From contig QPMI01000579.1 in NCBI GenBank assembly GCA_004431415.1, positions 1 to 64,000 on the forward strand: a stretch of DNA of 64,000 bases, in the 5' to 3' direction. The notes under the pieces are model-generated. The model ran no database searches, was not told the DNA's origin, and saw nothing but the letters and a program-made list of their open reading frames with translations. Position numbers and translations under genes: made by a program. The stretch is from Cyanophora paradoxa CCMP329. Its lineage: Eukaryota; Plantae; Glaucophyta. This document shows positions 61,101-64,000 of this stretch, one piece after another. Each line of letters starts with the position of its first letter. The first letter of the stretch is position 1.

Positions 61101-62779
61101 CGCCCCGCCGGCCAGCGCGCCGGCCCGCGGTCGAGCTCGCGTGGCCGGCGCAGAAGGAGAACGGGGACCCGCCGGCACCCGCCACCCTCGTCTGCAGGCC
61201 CGCCCGCAGCGCTCCCCGCCCCGCCCCCGTCCCCCCCGCCCCCGCCTGAGGCGCTCCGCCGCGCAGCGTGCCGCCGGCAAAGGTGGCGAACAAGGACAAG
61301 GACAAGCCGCCGGCCGCCCCCGAGGAGCCGGCCCCCTCCGCAGGTGCCCCCCGCCCCGCCCCTGGCCTCGCGCGCACTTGCCCTCCGCTCCTTGTCTCGA
61401 CCTCACCGTACCCCCCGGCCGCAGCGGCGAAGCTGGCGGAGGCGGTGCGCGACCTGAAGGTCTCCAACCTCCTCAAGGAGCCCTTCAAGAAGGCGCGGGG
61501 TCGATCCCGCCCGGTCCCCTTCTCTGCGCGCTCACCGCCGCGCCGGGCAGGACGCGGAGGCGCGGGGCGCGCTGGCGGCGGAGCTGCTCGCCGAGCACCC
61601 GAACCACGTGCCCCTCCTCGTGCGCCGCTTTCCTCGTACCCCCGCCCTCTCCCTCGCGCTCGAGCGCGGGGTTGCGGGCAGCTGGCGCTGCTGCGGGTGC
61701 CGCTGGCGCTTGAGTCGGGGACGGCGAAGTGGGGCATGGGGCCCGCCGCCCGCGCCGGTGCCCCCGCCAGCGCGACCGGACAGGCTCCGAGCCGGCGCGG
61801 GGGCTCACTCGTTGCGGGGCGCAGAGGTGCTGGCGGGGGCGGAGCGGGTGGTGGCGGCGGTGGACCCGGCGGCCCTCGCCGCCCACTTCGGCACGGGCCT
61901 CCCCGCCGGCGACTCCAAGGCCAAGAAGGCGCCGCCCCCGCCCCCGCGCAGGGGCCGCCCCCGCCCGGCCCCGCTCACCGGGCGGGGCGCCTGCGGGCAG
62001 GGGCGGGAGGAGGCGGAGAAGAAGAAGGAGGCGCTGGTGGAGGCGCTCGCGGCCCGCTGCCTCGCCCTCGCCGCCGCCGCCCTCCCGGGGCGGCCCCCGC
62101 GGTGCCTTCGCACCCCCGCCCCCGCCCGCCCAGCCGCAGCGCCGCGACCTGGCTGAGGGCGGGGGCGGGGCAGGGGCGGGGTGGCGCGGAGCGACCCCTT
62201 CTTCGAGGCCTTCACCGAGTTCACCAAGTGGGCCCCGGACTCCGCCAGCGACCCCCGGTGCGCCCGCCCCGCCCCGCCCCGCCGACCCCCCGCAGGGGGC
62301 GCCTTCTGACCTGGGGGCGGGGCGGGCAGCTTCCTGCAGGTGTGGATCGCCAAGCACCGCCTCGCGGGGCACACCGGCACCGCCCTCCGCGCCGTGCGGC
62401 CCCCCCGCCCCCCCGAGCTGATCCCGGCGCCCTTGCCTCGCCCCTGAGCTCGCCCCTTTAGGTGACGAAGGCGATCGGGGAGGGGGCCGGGGAGCCGGCC
62501 GAGGGCGACTCGCCCTTCGCCCGCCCCTCCGACCGCGAGTGCGCGCGCCTGCCCCGGCTCCGGTCCCCCCCCCCCTTGCCTTGGCCGACGCGCCGGCCCC
62601 GACCGCAGGCTGCACGACTGGCGCGCCGAGCTGCTCCAGGTCCGCCGCGCCGGCCCGTGCGCGATGCGAGGACCCCGGTTCGAGTCCGCGGGGCGCAGGA
62701 GCTGGGCTGGGCCCACTGGACCTCCACGGAGGCCTCCTGGGCCCTCATCCGCTTCCCCGCCGCGTACCCGCCCTTCTGA
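55186..62779 (+). CDS. TPP2: Tripeptidyl peptidase II (subtilisin S8), more than 40 exons
   Basis: [68 protein letters not shown] and [11 protein letters not shown]; ends RFPAAYPPF*. Confidence 0.95.
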
Positions 62780-63199
62780 GCGGCCGGGCCCGGGACGCTG
62801 AGAGCGGCCCCGCGGGCCCCCACTGGGCCAACACGTCGACGTCGCTCGCGATCGATCGTTGCTGCAGCTGTTCGTTGAGATTGAAAAGCCCAACGTTAAC
62901 CGCGTGAATTTGATCGATGTCAATATTAATGCCAGCGCTAGCACCGCTCGTCGTAGTTCAATCATTAAATTGCGATTGCACACACTGTCAAATATTTGCG
63001 AGGGCAGCGCGAGCGCCTAGGCCGGCGGAAGCCTTGAAGCTATATACGTAAACATGATGCGTTACTATATATATTATAATCTTAAAATCTGCAGCTGCGA
63101 CACTAGCTTTGTGCGTGCCCGTGGCCGTGGAAGGCATCGCAGCGTCCGAGGCGGCTGCTGCGGCCATCGACGCCCTCGCCCGAAGATGGGGTCCCGCGC

Positions 63200-64000
63200 C
63201 TACGCCGCCGCCGGGGGCTCCTCGGGCTGCTTGCCGGGGGCCTCGAGCTCGGGGGCCTTGGGAAGGGCGGCCCAGACGGCCGGCGCGACGGCCTCCTTCA
63301 TCGTCCGCAGGTGCCCCGCGTACTCGCTCGGGCTGCTCGACCCCTGGATCGCGCTCGCGAACAGCTGCAGCTTCTGCCCCGCCAGCCGCGGCGCCGCGTA
63401 TCTGCCGCGCCCGAGGGTGAGCCCGCGCGCCCCAGCGCCGGATCGGAGCAGATCGCTCACTTGAGGAGGGCCTCCGTGTCGGCGGGGTACGCGGTGAGGA
63501 ACTTGCGGACCTCCGCCCCGCGCTCCATCCAGTCCTTCCCGATCTTCTCCGTGAGGGGCATCATGATCTGCGTACCCCCGTGAGCGGGACCCCGGTCCGA
63601 GCGGGCGAGGGCGGCGGCGCGCCTCCTCCTCAATGGTGAGGTGCTTCTCGTGGTCCTCGAGCCATTGCGCGACGGCCCGCTTCAGCTCGGCCGCTGCGAG
63701 GGGCGTCAGATCCGAGGGGTGCGGCGGCTCGCGATGCCGGGCCCGGGGAGAGCTGGCGGACCGTCGAGGGGCTGGGCGGCGAGGGCGGCGCGGACGGCGG
63801 CCTGCTCGCGCTCCTCGAGCTCGTGGAGGTGCGCCAGCTTGCTCGAGGCGACCCCCTCGAAGAGGCGGTCCAGCAGGGGGAAGAACTGCCCGTCCTCCGT
63901 CCGCGCGTGCACCGCGATCGCCGCCGTCACCGCCTCGTACGCCGCCCGCAGCTCCCCGAGCGCCGCCTCCGCCCCCTCCCCCTCCCCCTCCAGCTTCCCC
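63200..64000 (-). CDS. Hemerythrin/HHE-domain protein, 5' partial
   Basis: HARTEDGQFFPLL and HEKHLTIEEE|IMMP HxxxE motifs. Confidence 0.6.
   Translation of the reverse strand, partial: GEAGGGGGGGGGGARGAAGGVRGGDGGDRGARADGGRAVLPPAGPPLRGGRLEQAGAPPRARGARAGRRPRRPRRPAPRRSASSPRARHREPPHPSDLTPLAAAELKRAVAQWLEDHEKHLTIEEEARRRPRPLGPGSRSRGYADHDAPHGEDREGLDGARGGGPQVPHRVPRRHGGPPQVSDLLRSGAGARGLTLGRGRYAAPRLAGQKLQLFASAIQGSSSPSEYAGHLRTMKEAVAPAVWAALPKAPELEAPGKQPEEPPAAA

Overview
Eukaryotic nuclear DNA with two parts. (1) About 1-6170 is the right-hand part of an intron-less, virus-like inserted element (Polinton-like virus/endogenous viral element type; no hallmark capsid, pPolB or packaging ATPase gene falls inside the window). 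It carries an FN3/lectin fibre-like gene, two tandem paralogous beta-rich genes, a degenerate HNH gene and two orphans. It also has three conserved (GGGACTT)n modules, two of them inverted around a 16-bp T-rich tandem array, plus terminal TCGCGATC repeats and hairpins. (2) About 6600-64000 is gene-dense host sequence with about 24 genes split by many short introns: ABCG, PMCA-type Ca-ATPase, LRRC72-like, GST/DHAR-like, CPBP protease, TTBK-like kinase, HIT, MED7, lipase-3, NOP9, aftiphilin-like, cyanobacterial-type heme oxygenase, CFAP57, guanylate kinase, short Sin3, PSF1, SSSCA1/ZNRD2, TPP2 and a hemerythrin-like gene. A nuclear cyanobacterial-type HO1 with an 'MAAF' transit peptide, together with a motile-flagellum gene, suggests a glaucophyte such as Cyanophora (inference). 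The most notable host features are the splicing code, near-perfect alternation of gene strands, and a TSD-flanked 5'-truncated retroelement. The splicing code includes very frequent GC-AG introns with non-consensus donors, a U2-like AT-AC intron, C-rich/G-rich self-complementary introns and microexons. Gene spans were spliced by eye and are start-to-stop spans; some ends are approximate.
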